Program-made: the position numbers and the translations under genes
Origin: Candidatus Aphodousia faecavium
Lineage (GTDB): Bacteria > Pseudomonadota > Gammaproteobacteria > Burkholderiales > Burkholderiaceae_F
NCBI GenBank assembly: GCA_018715245.1
Contig: DVLZ01000025.1
Coordinates: 31,737-71,736 of the forward strand
DNA: 40,000 bases
Direction of reading: 5' to 3'
Notes under the pieces: generated by a model
What the model saw: the letters and a program-made list of their open reading frames with translations, nothing else
Databases searched by the model: none
Told to the model about the DNA's origin: nothing
In this document: piece after piece, positions 37,951 through 40,000 of the stretch
Layout: the number at the start of each line of letters is the position of its first letter
Numbering within the stretch: position 1 is the first letter of the stretch

Positions 37951-40000
37951 ATGATCGCAAAATTTTTCCGTATTAACGGATTGGTTCAAGGAGTCGGTTT
38001 TCGACCGACGGTCTATCGCATCGCCAGAGAACTCGGACTCAATGGCGAAGTATTTAACGATGCTGAAGGAGTCGGGGTGGTACTCGAAGGTGAAGACAAC
38101 CAAGTATTAGCTTTTCCCGAAGCCATGCGTCAAGGTAAACCGCCTCTGGCCCGTATTGACTACATACACATGTCGGATACACCGGTTAAAGGCTACACAG
38201 ACTTCACCATTACCGAAAGTCAGGAAGGTAAAGTCAAAACAGCGATCACGGCCGATGCTGCAACATGCAAGGCTTGTCTGGAAGACATGTTTACTCCGGG
38301 CAACCGCCGCTACCGCTACGCCTTTACGAACTGCACCCACTGCGGTCCGCGCTTTACGATTACCAAACACCTGCCCTACGATCGGCCGCAGACTACTATG
38401 GCACCTTTTAAAATGTGCCCGCAGTGTCAAAAGGAATATACAGACCCCTTGGATCGACGCTTTCACGCTCAACCCAATGCTTGTCCGGTTTGCGGTCCTG
38501 AACTTTGCTTTGAAAACGCACGAGGTGAAGCGATTGAAGGCGACCCGATCGATCTGACAATTGATGCGATCCGTGCAGGGAAAATTGTCGCGGTCAAAGG
38601 TTTGGGGGGCTTTCACCTTGTGTGTGATGCCCGTAATCCGCAAGCCGTTGCTGAACTGAGACAACGGAAAGGGCGCGATGAGAAAGCGCTTGCGGTTATG
38701 ATGGCCAATGCAAAAAGTGCCGCACTTTACGCAGAAATCAGTGAAGCTGCCCGCCGAATCCTCGAAAGTGTTGCCAGACCGATTGTTCTTTTACCCAAAA
38801 AAGCAAACATTGATTTACCGGGCATTGCCGATGGCTTATCCGACATCGGCATTATGTTGCCTTATACACCTGTGCATTGGCTGCTTTTTCATTCATTGGC
38901 AGGTAAACCCGATGGTGCTCAGTGGACCGAATCATTGTGCTTAAATGAAATGCTTGTGATGACCTCGGCTAACCGCTCGGGTGAACCTCTGGTCATCGGC
39001 AATGATGAGGCCTTGGAGAAACTGTCAGGGATTGCCGATTTCTTCCTTCTTCATAACCGTGATATTCTCACTCGCTGTGATGATTCCGTTGTCCGTATGG
39101 TGGGCGAGAAGCCGATCTTCATCCGACGATCGCGCGGCTACGCACCCGAAGCCATCAAGTTTGACCAAGCAATTGAGCCCACTTTTGCCGCAGGTGCCTA
39201 TCTGAAAAACACGGCTGCGCTCACACGAGATGAGGATGTCTTTTTAACCCAACATATCGGAGACTTAGAAAATACCCAAACCACTGAAGCATACCGGGAG
39301 GCTGCTTCTCATCTTGCCCACCTCTATGAGATTAAACCACAAGTTGTGGTCTCCGATGCGCATCCGGACTTTTTCAGCACCCGTTATGCTGCCAAGCTCG
39401 CTGATGAAACTCATGCCAAGTTTTTCTCCATTTACCATCATGCTGCGCATATTGGGGTAGCCATGGCGGAGCTCAACCGTAAAGAGCCCACACTCGGCCT
39501 GGCGCTTGACGGCGTCGGACTGGGTCCCGGTAAAGAAATTTGGGGTGGGGAGCTGCTCATGGTGAAAAGAACCGGCTTTGAACGTTGGGGAACGCTTTTA
39601 CCCTTGCCGCTTCCGGGCGGCGACATCGCCGCACACGAACCTCGCCGCATGGGCGCTTCGGTCTTGACTCTTCTAAAAAAAGAGTCTCTCATTGAAAAAA
39701 TTTTCCCCACCCTGCCCAACGCTGCACACTTCGGCTCGCTCGTCACGAATCGCAAACTCTCGCCTGCGAGCTCGTCAGTTGGCAGACTTTTTGATGCAGT
39801 CAGTGCACTTTTGGGGTTGTGCGACATCCAACACGATGAAGCCCGTGCGGCCATGCTGTTGGAAAGTACGGCCTACAAAGCTGTGCCTCATGTGCATCGC
39901 GACGGTTTTGAGATTAAAGGCGGGCAACTGAACCTGCTACCTTTTTTAGACAAAATAGTCTGTGCGCACAGCTCGCTTGACACCCAAAGCGTTTCGCAAT
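37951..40000 (+). CDS. hypF: Carbamoyltransferase HypF, N-terminal ~683 codons (runs off window end)
   Basis: My hand translation from ATG 37951 stays open to position 40000. It begins with an acylphosphatase-like N-terminus (FRINGLVQGVGFRPTVYRIA). Two zinc-finger pairs follow (CKACLEDM..CTHCGPRF and CPQCQKEY..CPVCGP). A YrdC-like motif (VKGLGGFHLVCDA) comes next. Confidence 0.9.
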   Translation, partial: MIAKFFRINGLVQGVGFRPTVYRIARELGLNGEVFNDAEGVGVVLEGEDNQVLAFPEAMRQGKPPLARIDYIHMSDTPVKGYTDFTITESQEGKVKTAITADAATCKACLEDMFTPGNRRYRYAFTNCTHCGPRFTITKHLPYDRPQTTMAPFKMCPQCQKEYTDPLDRRFHAQPNACPVCGPELCFENARGEAIEGDPIDLTIDAIRAGKIVAVKGLGGFHLVCDARNPQAVAELRQRKGRDEKALAVMMANAKSAALYAEISEAARRILESVARPIVLLPKKANIDLPGIADGLSDIGIMLPYTPVHWLLFHSLAGKPDGAQWTESLCLNEMLVMTSANRSGEPLVIGNDEALEKLSGIADFFLLHNRDILTRCDDSVVRMVGEKPIFIRRSRGYAPEAIKFDQAIEPTFAAGAYLKNTAALTRDEDVFLTQHIGDLENTQTTEAYREAASHLAHLYEIKPQVVVSDAHPDFFSTRYAAKLADETHAKFFSIYHHAAHIGVAMAELNRKEPTLGLALDGVGLGPGKEIWGGELLMVKRTGFERWGTLLPLPLPGGDIAAHEPRRMGASVLTLLKKESLIEKIFPTLPNAAHFGSLVTNRKLSPASSSVGRLFDAVSALLGLCDIQHDEARAAMLLESTAYKAVPHVHRDGFEIKGGQLNLLPFLDKIVCAHSSLDTQSVSQ

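Noticed and set aside
38107-39854. Minus-strand ORFs 38107-38664 (185 aa) and 39438-39854 (138 aa), and several plus-strand ORFs inside 38156-39931
   Set aside because: All lie inside the uninterrupted hypF reading frame, which carries unmistakable HypF motifs. Their own translations are low in complexity.

Overview
The window has two parts. Positions 1 to about 22165 are the right-hand ~22 kb of an integrated temperate phage with a contractile tail. Its late operon is on the minus strand: terS, gpA-type terL, a gpW-like protein, a lambda-type portal, a protease-capsid fusion, FII/Z/U-like connectors, sheath, tube, a tail chaperone with a T_TTT_TTG -1 frameshift, and the start of the tape measure gene. 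Upstream of that lie a Q-like antiterminator with a PR'/tR'-type unit, a SieB-like moron, a P4-alpha-like primase-helicase, a multi-module Rha-family protein, a divergent cro/cI switch, small early-left genes and an AlpA/Xis-like gene. An AT-richer cargo end carries a lipoprotein and a RelE/ParE-like pair. The prophage stops at a 22-nt tRNA-Pro 3' fragment (22144-22165, candidate attR) followed by that tRNA's terminator. The host chromosome follows: a CsoR-type repressor plus a P1B ATPase with a textbook operator, an OLD-family ATPase-Toprim nuclease divergent from a LOG-family protein, a MerR regulator plus an MBL hydrolase, and an uptake [NiFe]-hydrogenase cluster (hupSLCDFGHI on minus; hupJK-hypABF on plus, with hypF running off the window). 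The best candidates for something undescribed are: (1) the self-promoted two-gene operon at the prophage end, a 196-221-aa helical orphan coupled to a RelE/ParE-like protein; (2) the orphan OLD nuclease paired head-to-head with the LOG-family protein; (3) a ~290-bp dyad of twelve 9-bp CCCTGCACA motifs around an alternating GC core, a probable phage origin. All calls come from reading the sequence and from remembered family signatures. No database search was run.
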